Source of the DNA: a virus
Lineage: Duplodnaviria; Caudoviricetes
DNA: 46,028 nt
Strand: one strand, 5' to 3'
IMG/VR virus record: IMGVR_UViG_3300020045_002559
Coordinates: 1 to 46,028 of that record
The position numbers and the translations under genes are program-made. Below the pieces are notes generated by a model. That model was not told where the DNA came from, made no database searches, and saw only the letters and a program-made list of their open reading frames with translations. This document shows, piece by piece, positions 35,766 to 44,409 of the stretch. The first letter of the stretch is position 1. Each line of letters opens with the position of its first letter.

Positions 35766-36284
35766 ATGTCAATCATAACCCCAAGTATATTCGCAGGAGG
35801 TGAGCAAGCAATTGCACAACTTTCAAACGCTGGAGTAAATCAGAACGTTCAATCGTTCATTGATGAATATGAACCAGAGTTTTTAAAAGAACTACTTGGG
35901 GTTGACTTGTACAATGAATTTGTTGCAGGACTTGCGGTAACCCCAGTTGAGGATATTGACCCTAAATGGATTGCGCTACGTGATGAAATGGATTTGAAAC
36001 TAATGATAAAATGCTATGTTTATTATTGGTATATGACAAATCTTACCACTACAAGCGCAGGAACTTCAGAGGTTAAGGCAAATAATGAAAATTCTACGCC
36101 AACTAACAATGATGACAAGAACGTTAAGGCTTGGAACAAGATGGCTAAGAAAACAAGGTTGTTTGATTTGTCAACCGATGTTTATCCAAGTTTCGTTCGT
36201 GTATGGTGGAACAGTTTTGATTGGTGGTATCCTAGTTGTGGCATAAGTGAGATTTATTACTATAAAAACACACTTGGCTTCTAA
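35766..36284 (+). CDS. Head-tail adaptor
   Basis: Position; YEPEFLKELLGVDLY...LKLMIKCYVYY. Confidence 0.6.
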   Translation: MSIITPSIFAGGEQAIAQLSNAGVNQNVQSFIDEYEPEFLKELLGVDLYNEFVAGLAVTPVEDIDPKWIALRDEMDLKLMIKCYVYYWYMTNLTTTSAGTSEVKANNENSTPTNNDDKNVKAWNKMAKKTRLFDLSTDVYPSFVRVWWNSFDWWYPSCGISEIYYYKNTLGF

Positions 36285-36865
36285 TGGAACTACAACCAAT
36301 ATTCCTGCATCGTGAATTTGAACCAATAGTACAGGCTGTTAGCGATAAGCTACTGACCAAGCTAAATGAACATAATGACACGATAACCGCAGTACATTAC
36401 CTTTATGGTCACCCTTTGGAAATCGTTAACACGCTATCTGAACTTGACAAGGGAGGCAATAGCGTTTACACAAAGTACCCATTGGTGGCTTTCTTTTTGG
36501 ATAGTAAGATGTCAAGAAAGAATACAACCCAATACGGAAAGCAAAGGGTTCATCTGGCAATCATAAACGAATGCTTCGATGCAACTGGTAACGAGGTGGC
36601 TAAGGAGCGTGACGATAACAACTTTATTCCAGTATTAAGCCCTATCTATATGGAGCTTATGAAGCAGATTTCTCTTAGGGGGGATATGTTTCTTGGGATG
36701 TCAGGGGAGAACAGCGTTCTTCATGATGTTACGTTTCGTTACTATTGGGGCAAGAATGGATTATGGGGCAATGAAAAGAACATATTCAATGACAGGGTCG
36801 ATGCAATCGAGATTGAAGACCTAGAATTAACAATTAACTTAAACTATTGTCCTCGGACGATATAA
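36284..36865 (+). CDS. Head-tail connector / tail terminator
   Basis: Position before the major tail gene; YPLV motif. Confidence 0.55.
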   Translation: MELQPIFLHREFEPIVQAVSDKLLTKLNEHNDTITAVHYLYGHPLEIVNTLSELDKGGNSVYTKYPLVAFFLDSKMSRKNTTQYGKQRVHLAIINECFDATGNEVAKERDDNNFIPVLSPIYMELMKQISLRGDMFLGMSGENSVLHDVTFRYYWGKNGLWGNEKNIFNDRVDAIEIEDLELTINLNYCPRTI

Positions 36866-36877
36866 AATTAAAAAACT

Positions 36878-37825
36878 ATGAGCATTTTAAACCAGGCACC
36901 TTGCCTAACAGATGGTTCAAATACAGGCTCTGGCGATTGCCCACTAGATGTTAAGCTATTGCAGTTTATCATCAGAGTGCCAAAGGGGGTAGTCTTGACA
37001 GCGTCACAAATGGCTAGTAAGGCTACTGCATTGGCGGCTTTACAGGCTTTGGTTGTAAACAACAACAAGGCATTGAGGGGCTATCCGTACCCTCCACAGG
37101 TTACGTTTACCGATAACTCAACAGACCCAGCATTCCAGACTTTCGGTAGCGGAAGTTCTGCGCCTTCTAACGATGGTATGTACAACTGGATGTTCCAGTT
37201 CACAAAGGGTGGTGCGTGTCTTTCTAACAAGCTTAGAAACTTCAACTCTAACTCTGGCGGTTACTTTATCGTTGTTGATGCGGCTGGTAACGTTTATGGC
37301 ACTAAGGTAGGTAATGACCTTCATAGCATCCCTGCAAACTATATCTACACGGATAAGTTAAAGGTTGCTGCTTACGATGCCGTTTCTGTTTACGCTTACC
37401 GTGTTGATTTCAGACCTAACTACTTCAATGAGAACCTTGCGTTCGTTAACCTTGCGTTATCAGATTTATTGGCATTGAGCGGATTACAGGACATTATTCC
37501 TTCTCAACAGGGAGTTGCGCCAGTATCAAACGTTTTCAGGGTTAAGTTAACAACTGGTTGCGGTGGACAGGACTTGTACGACTTATACTCGGCAGAACTT
37601 GCCGACCCTACGAACTTCGTTGTTAGGTTGGCAGCTACTGGCAATCAGGTGGACATTACCTCGGTAACTGCTGAAGCCAATACCAAATCGTTTATTTTCA
37701 CATTGAATTCATCAGACCCTGACTACGTTGCTGGTGGTCCATTTACCGTTTACGGTTCTACCGTTTCGGCATTGGCTGCTAATGACGTTGTTGGTTACGA
37801 GATTGGTTCATTCACAACAGGATAA
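36878..37825 (+). CDS. Major tail protein
   Basis: 315 aa; expected position; C-terminal beta domain. Confidence 0.7.
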   Translation: MSILNQAPCLTDGSNTGSGDCPLDVKLLQFIIRVPKGVVLTASQMASKATALAALQALVVNNNKALRGYPYPPQVTFTDNSTDPAFQTFGSGSSAPSNDGMYNWMFQFTKGGACLSNKLRNFNSNSGGYFIVVDAAGNVYGTKVGNDLHSIPANYIYTDKLKVAAYDAVSVYAYRVDFRPNYFNENLAFVNLALSDLLALSGLQDIIPSQQGVAPVSNVFRVKLTTGCGGQDLYDLYSAELADPTNFVVRLAATGNQVDITSVTAEANTKSFIFTLNSSDPDYVAGGPFTVYGSTVSALAANDVVGYEIGSFTTG

Positions 37826-37831
37826 TTAATT

Positions 37832-37996
37832 ATGGAAAATGTATATGAGCCAAAGTGGAACGTAAAGTACGTGCAAACTTCAAAGAAAGCAGATTTTGTA
37901 AAGAACCATACAGGAGTCTTTAAGGGGATAACCGATAAGGACCTTGAAGAGGTATGGGAATCACATCAGAAGAAAGCTGAAAAGCCTACAAGCTAA
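37832..37996 (+). CDS. 54-aa hypothetical protein after the major tail gene
   Basis: MENVYEPKWNVKYVQTSKKADFVKNH...; ends before a terminator. Confidence 0.55.
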   Translation: MENVYEPKWNVKYVQTSKKADFVKNHTGVFKGITDKDLEEVWESHQKKAEKPTS

Positions 37997-38017
37997 GTTA
38001 CTGCTTGTGAATAAATG

Positions 38018-38046
38018 AAACGCTCTGCTTAGGTAGGGCGTTTTTT
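38018..38046 (+). terminator. Intrinsic terminator
   Basis: AAACGCTCTGC/GTAGGGCGTTT followed by a T run. Confidence 0.8.
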
Positions 38047-38068
38047 GTTATCCGACGAAAAGGTTAGG

Positions 38069-38114
38069 GTATCGAAGTTGTTACAAAAGCATATTGGTTA
38101 GAGTGGTATATTTG
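38069..38114 (+). promoter_or_regulatory. Operator-promoter unit 6 (GTATC-N6-GTTAC-N22-TATATTTG)
   Basis: Motif and spacing. Confidence 0.75.
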
Positions 38115-38117
38115 GGA

Positions 38118-38396
38118 ATGAAAAGATTTTATACATCAATTTCTAAGATAGCCTTAATGGTAATATCTAGTTTGTCAATCCAATATTTTACCAATACTGA
38201 TTTTGGACTTGAAACATACCTTTTAGCTTTTGCTTGGTTATTAGTGGAAAACACATTTAATTCAATCGATGTGGTAAACATTAAGATTGAATATGAAAAA
38301 AGAATAAGCAAAATATTAACTCAGCATAAGGAATGGGTTGATGACAGTAGAGAAAGTTTAGGTAAGGTTTTGGAAGAGTTAAAGAAAGTAAAGTAA
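38118..38396 (+). CDS. Two-TM moron protein (start corrected from 38094)
   Basis: Two hydrophobic segments and a coiled-coil tail. Confidence 0.6.
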   Translation: MKRFYTSISKIALMVISSLSIQYFTNTDFGLETYLLAFAWLLVENTFNSIDVVNIKIEYEKRISKILTQHKEWVDDSRESLGKVLEELKKVK

Positions 38397-38599
38397 TGTT
38401 TGAAAAAATTAAGCAACACCTAATCAATATGGGTAATTACCCGACATATTCTAGTTATGTTTATGACGAATATAAAAGCGCAATGGATTTAGTTAAAGAG
38501 ATTGAGAAAGCGCATAAAAAAGAAACTAAGGATAAGAACGATTTGATTGCTTACCTTAAGAGAGAAATAGCTTTCCTTAGCAATCCTACCGTTCAATGA
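38396..38599 (+). CDS. Hypothetical moron protein
   Basis: TAATG coupling to the upstream gene. Confidence 0.55.
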   Translation: MFEKIKQHLINMGNYPTYSSYVYDEYKSAMDLVKEIEKAHKKETKDKNDLIAYLKREIAFLSNPTVQ

Positions 38600-38626
38600 A
38601 AACCAGACAAAGCAATTTAAGATAGT

Positions 38627-38818
38627 ATGAAAGCAATAATTACAGGTTTAAAATTTATCCTATTCTTTATAATAATGGGTTACTTATGTTTTACCCCAAC
38701 TGGATTAGGTGTTCTTGCATTAAAAGACAACTGGCAATTAATGATAGTGGTTTATTTACCAATGTTCTTTATTTTGCCACAAATCAATAAGTTAGAGAAG
38801 TTGTTGCCAAATCCTTAA
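38627..38818 (+). CDS. Two-TM moron protein
   Basis: Hydrophobic 63-aa ORF. Confidence 0.55.
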   Translation: MKAIITGLKFILFFIIMGYLCFTPTGLGVLALKDNWQLMIVVYLPMFFILPQINKLEKLLPNP

Positions 38819-38827
38819 CTTTACCCT

Positions 38828-39271
38828 ATGAACTTCTTCCAATTCAACAACGCATTCCAGAAAGTCAATGCCGATCGTGTCATCCAAGACAGCGTGTTAT
38901 TGACTGGAGATAAGGCAATATTGCTCAATCAGGAGCAGTTATACAGACTTTCGCAGGATAGCGATGGTAGGCAACTTAAACCCTATGCAAGTGGCGATTA
39001 TGCGGAATATAAGCATTCTATAAACCCGTTCTTGTCAGTTGGACAACCCGATTTAAGGGAAACTGGTGCTTTTTACGATGCGTTTCAGGTTGAGGTAAAC
39101 AGCAAGACGATTAAGTTTGATAGTACCGATAGCAAGACATCGAAACTGGAGCGCAAATATTCGAGTAAGATATTCGGTTTGAACAAGTACAATATGGCAT
39201 ACTTTGCAAATCAGCACGTAATACCAAAGATTAGGGAAGAATTAAAGATTTTAACAGGGTTTAGGTTTTAA
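38828..39271 (+). CDS. Neck / tail completion protein (HK97 gp10-like)
   Basis: DSDGRQL.PY, PDLRETGAFYDA and IFGL; TAACTTTA-N4-ATG upstream. Confidence 0.65.
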   Translation: MNFFQFNNAFQKVNADRVIQDSVLLTGDKAILLNQEQLYRLSQDSDGRQLKPYASGDYAEYKHSINPFLSVGQPDLRETGAFYDAFQVEVNSKTIKFDSTDSKTSKLERKYSSKIFGLNKYNMAYFANQHVIPKIREELKILTGFRF

Positions 39272-39278
39272 AAGATAT

Positions 39279-39425
39279 ATGGAAGAGATAACAACAGAAT
39301 ACATCGTGGCTCAATCAAAGGTTTTAAATGATACCGAATTGGCTATCTTAATCGAGAATTACGTTGACCAAGAAACGGAAGCAAGAATTGAAAGCAATGG
39401 ATGGGCTTATAAAGATAATATGTAA
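39279..39425 (+). CDS. 48-aa hypothetical protein
   Basis: MEEITTEYIVAQSKVLNDTELAILIENY... Confidence 0.5.
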   Translation: MEEITTEYIVAQSKVLNDTELAILIENYVDQETEARIESNGWAYKDNM

Positions 39426-39541
39426 TATGGCATTGACTAGGGAACGAATTTATTTTAATGGTCTTAATTGCAAGTTTTACAAGAAAAGACTACCATTATT
39501 CTTTTTAAGGCAATTTTTACATATCAATTTGAATTAGCATT

Positions 39542-39772
39542 ATGAACGTACAAAAATTAATAGAAGAGTTATCAAAATACCCAAGCGACTTAAAGGTGGG
39601 AGTGGTTTTTGATGGAGCGCACAGAATGGATATACAAAACTGTTGGCTATCTAGGAAGGGCGATATATTAGTAGGTAGTAACGATGCTGTTTATTGTACA
39701 GAAGATAGACCTTCTGATGCGCCAACAACTGAAGAAAATGAATTTTGGGAAATATCAGACGGTACAGATTAA
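39542..39772 (+). CDS. Hypothetical protein
   Basis: MNVQKLIEELSKYPSDLKV, a common small phage protein N-terminus. Confidence 0.65.
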   Translation: MNVQKLIEELSKYPSDLKVGVVFDGAHRMDIQNCWLSRKGDILVGSNDAVYCTEDRPSDAPTTEENEFWEISDGTD

Positions 39773-40395
39773 TGAAAATCCTCCGCCAACGCCCAACATA
39801 CACCTCTTGCGATGACCTGCCATTAGCTAACTTCATTAAGGTAGTCTGTACAGGAGAACTCGTACACCTATACAGCGAACCTAGCAGGTTCATACATCGT
39901 AACGCTCCATTAGCCGATATTTGGGAACAGATATTCAACGAGTACAACGAACTTACCAATAATACCCAGAGTAAGCACGTATTCAACCTTATTAAGGAGA
40001 TAACTGTATTGGGCAACAGGATTGGGATAGTAAACGATTGCGTTAGCCTATTACGTTCTGTAGAAGATGTTGCAAACTATCCCGATTGCATAGCCATACT
40101 TAATTCATACGGTTGCTCACATATCACGATTACCAATGAGAACAGGCACACCCAACTAGATAGGTGCATAACCGTTTGCAAACGCTACATTGCAGATTTA
40201 AACAAGGCAGAAACAGAATATAACATCATTAGTGAAGATGACCAAAAAAAGGTAACGCCACAGGATTTCTACTCGATGATTGCCGTTGTTTCAAAGTTTA
40301 TGGGAGGCAAGGATATTGACCTATACAAAACAACAGTTTCTTTGTATATTAGCTACATTAATTTAATGAAAGCTAATACAGAGCAAAATGGCTAA
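39772..40395 (+). CDS. Putative tail assembly chaperone (start corrected from 39745)
   Basis: Immediately before the tape measure; TAATG coupling. Confidence 0.55.
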   Translation: MKILRQRPTYTSCDDLPLANFIKVVCTGELVHLYSEPSRFIHRNAPLADIWEQIFNEYNELTNNTQSKHVFNLIKEITVLGNRIGIVNDCVSLLRSVEDVANYPDCIAILNSYGCSHITITNENRHTQLDRCITVCKRYIADLNKAETEYNIISEDDQKKVTPQDFYSMIAVVSKFMGGKDIDLYKTTVSLYISYINLMKANTEQNG

Positions 40396-43300
40396 CGAAC
40401 AACAGATAGCGGATTTAATAACCGAGAGTAGTAAAAAATCCCTTACCGATGCGCAAAAATATTCCGAGGCATTAAACCAGACACTCCAGAAAACAATCGT
40501 TCTGCGCAAGGAACTGAACGATACGATGGTTGGCGCAAAGACAATGGGCGATGTTAATGCCATTGCGGTAAAGGAGCAAAAGGCAATTGAGCAGACCAAT
40601 AAGCTTATAGCACAGCGGCAACTGGCTGAAGAGAAACTTGCGGCATTTCAAGCGGCACAACAGGCTAAGTTAGATGCAGCAGAGGCAAAGCAACTGAAAG
40701 CCGATGCCGATAAGATTGCTCGTATTAAGCGAATTGAGGAAGCCGAAACAATTCGTGCCAAAAAGAAAGCTGACCTAGATGCACAGGAATTAGCCAACTC
40801 AAAACAGATTTCAGCAGCAGAGGCAAATGAGGCAACCGCAATCGGTCGTACCGAACAAGCCGAAAAGAAAAGAACCGGAACAAAGAAACTATCAAACCTT
40901 GAGCAGGAAAAGGCAAACCAACTGGCAAAGGTTGACAGGTTGAACCTAGTCGCTCAGGCTAAGGAAGGCAATGCAGTTAAGGGTAGTCTCGAGCAACGTG
41001 CATTGGCATTGGCTAGGTTACAAAAGACTTATTCGTTGTTAGATGCAAGTGAGCGTAATTCACCGTTTGGCGCAAGATTGGCGAAAACAATTCCACAACT
41101 TAATGCGCAGGTTTTAACGCTTGAAAGTTCATTGGGTAAATCTCAAAGAAATGTAGGTAATTATGGTAATGCTTTTACCAAGGCTTTTGGAGGCATTCGT
41201 ACACTTGCTAACATATTGCCAGGTATCGGAATTAGTGGGATTTTCCTAGCTGCTTATGAAGGCATAAAGGCGTTGGCTGAAGGACTTGATTTATTCACTA
41301 CCGCATCAAGTAAGGCAAAGTTATCACAGGAAACATTAGAAAAAGCCATTTCTTCTTCATCATATACCGATGCGGTTAAGAATCTTTCTGAATTAAGGAT
41401 AAACATTCAATTGGCAAAGGATGGGTTTATTGACAAGGAATCGGTATTAAAGCAGTACAATGAAACTATTGGTCAAACAACTGGACAGGTAAAAACACTT
41501 GATGAAGCCGAAAAGGCATTAGCAAAGAATGCTGATAACTTTATCAGGGTAACATTATATAAGGCTGCTGCCCAACTTGCCTTAGAGGAAGCCGCAAAAC
41601 AAGCCTATGAAGCTGAAATAACAGGACGTAAGCAACTGGAGGAATTTAGTAATGCCGCAGTAGATACAAGGTTTGGTAACGGTGGCGTTGCTGGTCTTGG
41701 CACTGGTCAATTCAATGCAAAGGAATACGAAAAAGAAACACAAAGAATAAACACGGCAAGAAAGAAAAGGCAAAATGATGCCATTAAGATTTCCACAGAC
41801 GCAGAGGAAAAACAAATCCAGATCGCTACATCATTTCAAAAGAAAGCAGCATTATTATCTTCACAAAGTGGGTTCAAAAACTTCTTGGGTAATGATGAAA
41901 AGCCTAAAAAAGGCAAAGATAATTCTAAGGAACGTGAAAAGGATGCAAGGGATAGCGCAGCAGCTTTAGTACAAATCGAGATTGATGCAAATAAAAAGAT
42001 TGCAGAGGTTTATAAATCACAGGTTGAAAACCAGAATTTTAGTCAGGAAGCTAGGTTAAGTGCATTACAGAACTTCACGGCAACACAGTTAACGATTGCA
42101 AAATTAGAGGGAGAAAAAGAAAAGGCAGCCAAGAAACTTAATGCAGGTGAGCTACTAAAAGTAGATGCAGATTACCAGAATAAAGTTGTGGATGCAAATA
42201 AGTCATCTAGTGAAAAAACGCTTGAAATTCTTAGATATACGGCAGAGGAAGCCGAAAGAATCAGGATTTATCAAGGTCAAAGGACTTTAACATTGATTGA
42301 AAAAGCTAGGGATGAAGAAATAATCACACTTATAAATTCATACCAGAAAACAGGTGATTATTCTGCAAAGGCGCAAGAGGTCTTTGAACAGAAACGATTA
42401 GAAATAGTTAGAAAGTACGGGCTTAAGGAAGTTGATGAACAGATTTTACAGGCTCAAAAACTTATCGAGATTAGAAAGGCTCAAGGCTTTGATGTAGCAA
42501 AAGAGGAACGTGATTTATCCGCATTAATTCTAAAGGCAAAGGAACTTGAATTGCAGGGAATTGATAAATACAATAAGGATAGGCTAGATAAAGAAAAACA
42601 AAACGCAGAGGCTTTAAAGGAAGTCGCTCAAGAGGTTTTTGACTTTTCACGTTCATTAACAGCACAGATTTTTGAGGGAAACATATCTAACCTTGAAGAG
42701 GAAAAGGATGCTAGGCAAAGGAATACCGATTTACAGATTGAGAATGTAAACGAAAGCGTAAAGAGCGAACAGGAAAAAGCCGACCAGATTGCATTAATAA
42801 ATGCACAGAACACTCAACAGCAAGAGGCGCTTGACGCAAGAATTAAGGAGCAGAAACGCAAGGCAGCTATTGCAGATAAAGCCTTTGCGATTGCACAGAT
42901 TGGAATAAACACAGCAGTTGCGGTTAGTAAGGCGTTGGCTCAAACAGGTGTGCTAGGCGCATTCGTTATTCCTGGCATTATTGCTTTGGGAGCTATACAA
43001 CTTGCATCCGTTATTGCAACTCCTATACCAAAGTTCAAGGATGGTAAATCTAAAGGTAACAACTATGAGGGATTGGCATACGTTGGTGATGGTGGACAGT
43101 CGGAGTTGGTAATCAATAAGGATGGTTCAAGTTGGGTAACTCCAGCAACAAGTACTTTAACATATGTTGAAAAGGACACGCAGGTTATATCGGGTCCAGA
43201 ACTGGCAAGAATGAGAATGATGGCAAAGCCTGATGGAACGGATGTAGTAGGCAAGTCTTGGGACGTATCGCCATTGATTGCAGAAAGCCAAAGGAGTACA

Positions 43301-43408
43301 AAGGAAATGAAGAAAGCAATCGGGCAACTCGTGACTAAGCAAAAACGAAATAACAGGGTGTTTGATATGCAAAGTTGGAATGCCCATTTAAAACGTAATG
43401 GCTTTTAG
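40388..43408 (+). CDS. Tail tape measure protein
   Basis: 1006 aa, Ala/Lys/Glu-rich helical; QRNVGNY motif; hydrophobic segments; C-terminal PKFKDG...AYVGDGGQSELVI. Confidence 0.9.
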   Translation: MANEQQIADLITESSKKSLTDAQKYSEALNQTLQKTIVLRKELNDTMVGAKTMGDVNAIAVKEQKAIEQTNKLIAQRQLAEEKLAAFQAAQQAKLDAAEAKQLKADADKIARIKRIEEAETIRAKKKADLDAQELANSKQISAAEANEATAIGRTEQAEKKRTGTKKLSNLEQEKANQLAKVDRLNLVAQAKEGNAVKGSLEQRALALARLQKTYSLLDASERNSPFGARLAKTIPQLNAQVLTLESSLGKSQRNVGNYGNAFTKAFGGIRTLANILPGIGISGIFLAAYEGIKALAEGLDLFTTASSKAKLSQETLEKAISSSSYTDAVKNLSELRINIQLAKDGFIDKESVLKQYNETIGQTTGQVKTLDEAEKALAKNADNFIRVTLYKAAAQLALEEAAKQAYEAEITGRKQLEEFSNAAVDTRFGNGGVAGLGTGQFNAKEYEKETQRINTARKKRQNDAIKISTDAEEKQIQIATSFQKKAALLSSQSGFKNFLGNDEKPKKGKDNSKEREKDARDSAAALVQIEIDANKKIAEVYKSQVENQNFSQEARLSALQNFTATQLTIAKLEGEKEKAAKKLNAGELLKVDADYQNKVVDANKSSSEKTLEILRYTAEEAERIRIYQGQRTLTLIEKARDEEIITLINSYQKTGDYSAKAQEVFEQKRLEIVRKYGLKEVDEQILQAQKLIEIRKAQGFDVAKEERDLSALILKAKELELQGIDKYNKDRLDKEKQNAEALKEVAQEVFDFSRSLTAQIFEGNISNLEEEKDARQRNTDLQIENVNESVKSEQEKADQIALINAQNTQQQEALDARIKEQKRKAAIADKAFAIAQIGINTAVAVSKALAQTGVLGAFVIPGIIALGAIQLASVIATPIPKFKDGKSKGNNYEGLAYVGDGGQSELVINKDGSSWVTPATSTLTYVEKDTQVISGPELARMRMMAKPDGTDVVGKSWDVSPLIAESQRSTKEMKKAIGQLVTKQKRNNRVFDMQSWNAHLKRNGF

Positions 43409-43453
43409 TAACCGACTTGTTACAAAATGGTATTGTGTAAAGTGTTATATTTG
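43408..43453 (+). promoter_or_regulatory. Operator-promoter unit 7 (perfect GTAAC-N6-GTTAC-N22-TATATTTG)
   Basis: Perfect palindromic half-sites, placed to drive the ORF and ncRNA island. Confidence 0.8.
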
Positions 43454-43522
43454 TTTCGAGAGGATTGATTTAGATAGCTGATGGTTTCAGAAATGAGTTA
43501 TCGGTTTTTAAGACCAGAAATT

Positions 43523-43795
43523 ATGAATATGAAAAACTTAGCTTCAATGATTGCCGTTTCATCAATGGCTAATTTACAAGGAATAAATCAACCTCAATTA
43601 ATTGAGCGAAATATTTATGATAAAACGCCAACATTTAGCCAATATACACCTAAAGGAAAAGTTTTTGGCGGTACTAAAATGAGTAAAAGACAATTAAGGG
43701 AACTTATTAGGTATAAAAAAGAAACTGCTATACCTAAAATGGTTATGAGTGAAGAAAATATAAATCAATACTACAAGGATAAAAGTAGTATTTAA
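43523..43795 (+). CDS. Hypothetical moron protein (start uncertain: 43481-43529)
   Basis: ORF track entry downstream of unit 7. Confidence 0.55.
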   Translation: MNMKNLASMIAVSSMANLQGINQPQLIERNIYDKTPTFSQYTPKGKVFGGTKMSKRQLRELIRYKKETAIPKMVMSEENINQYYKDKSSI

Positions 43796-43803
43796 AACAA
43801 AAT

Positions 43804-43889
43804 CCTTGTCTAGTCGTAAGCTATGATATTAAGCTATTGGTTTACCAAACTAGGCAAGGTTGAAAGATATTCTTTGTTCGGCTTTATGA
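43804..43889 (+). ncRNA. Candidate three-way-junction RNA, copy 2
   Basis: Near-identical to 228-283 although it follows an unrelated ORF. Confidence 0.5.
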
Positions 43890-44008
43890 GCAAATGGGAT
43901 TACCGAGCCGTAGGACGTCCCCCTCACACGTTCAAGAGGAAATCAGCGATAAAACAATTATCGTGGCAAAACGTAAAAAATCGTGACTTATAGGAAAGAC
44001 TATTATTA

Positions 44009-44081
44009 TTACCCTTAGCTCAGTTGGTAGAGCGGATGGCTCATAACCATTATGTCGGAGGTTCAAGTCCTTCAGGGTAAA
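44009..44081 (+). tRNA. tRNA with CAT anticodon (Ile2 or elongator Met); CCA not encoded
   Basis: Acceptor TTACCCT/AGGGTAA; D arm GCTC-AGTTGGTA-GAGC; anticodon arm GATGG-CTCATAA-CCATT; T arm GGAGG-TTCAAGT-CCTTC. Confidence 0.93.
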
Positions 44082-44084
44082 CAA

Positions 44085-44208
44085 AAAATAACTTTATGCT
44101 GGTGTAGTTTTACCTAAAATTACTGCGGAGTGGCAGAGAGAGTGAACGGGGTTTAACAGAGGTGTTAAATCAGTAGCGAATTCGAGGTCATAAACATAAA
44201 GTTATTTT
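44085..44208 (+). ncRNA. Candidate multibranch RNA closed by a perfect 14-bp stem
   Basis: AAAATAACTTTATG/CATAAAGTTATTTT enclosing three hairpins. Confidence 0.55.
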
Positions 44209-44276
44209 AACGGCAAAAACCATAGAGCGAGAAAGTAGTGAAGCAAGATATTAGCGAAGAACTACAACAGAACAAG

Positions 44277-44353
44277 TTAATTAGTTGCACGTATGTTCGG
44301 TGTATCAGCATTTCTGATAAACTAATTGAACACGAGAGGAAATGCCTCAGTGA
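44277..44353 (+). ncRNA. Candidate three-way-junction RNA plus hairpin
   Basis: TTAATTAGTT/AACTAATTGA enclosing GCAC..GTGT and ATCAG..CTGAT; then GAGG..CCTC. Confidence 0.4.
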
Positions 44354-44365
44354 AGATTGATTAAG

Positions 44366-44396
44366 AAGCCTAGCATTAATTTGTTAGGCTTTTTTT
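44366..44396 (+). terminator. Intrinsic terminator closing the ncRNA island
   Basis: AAGCCTAGCA/TGTTAGGCTT followed by a T run. Confidence 0.8.
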
Positions 44397-44409
44397 ATAT
44401 CTTTACCTT

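Noticed and set aside
44120-44180. SAM-I riboswitch resemblance (GAGTGGCAGAGAGA...AGGTGTTAAATC)
   Set aside because: It lacks the AUC/GAU P1, the CTGGCCC pseudoknot arm and the GCAACC motif, and it is not in the leader of a metabolic gene.
43895-44190. HDV-like or theta ribozyme next to the tRNA (CGT-CCCCCTCAC-ACG; GCGAAT)
   Set aside because: I could not build consistent P1 and P2 helices by eye. A descriptor search would settle it.
44234-44241. AGTAGTGA in the RNA island as a trans-acting partner of the replication-leader loop
   Set aside because: An 8-nt match is expected by chance in 46 kb.
44212-44250. c-di-GMP-I riboswitch-like words (GGCAAA...GAAA...GCAA)
   Set aside because: The required stems do not pair and there is no tetraloop-receptor arm.
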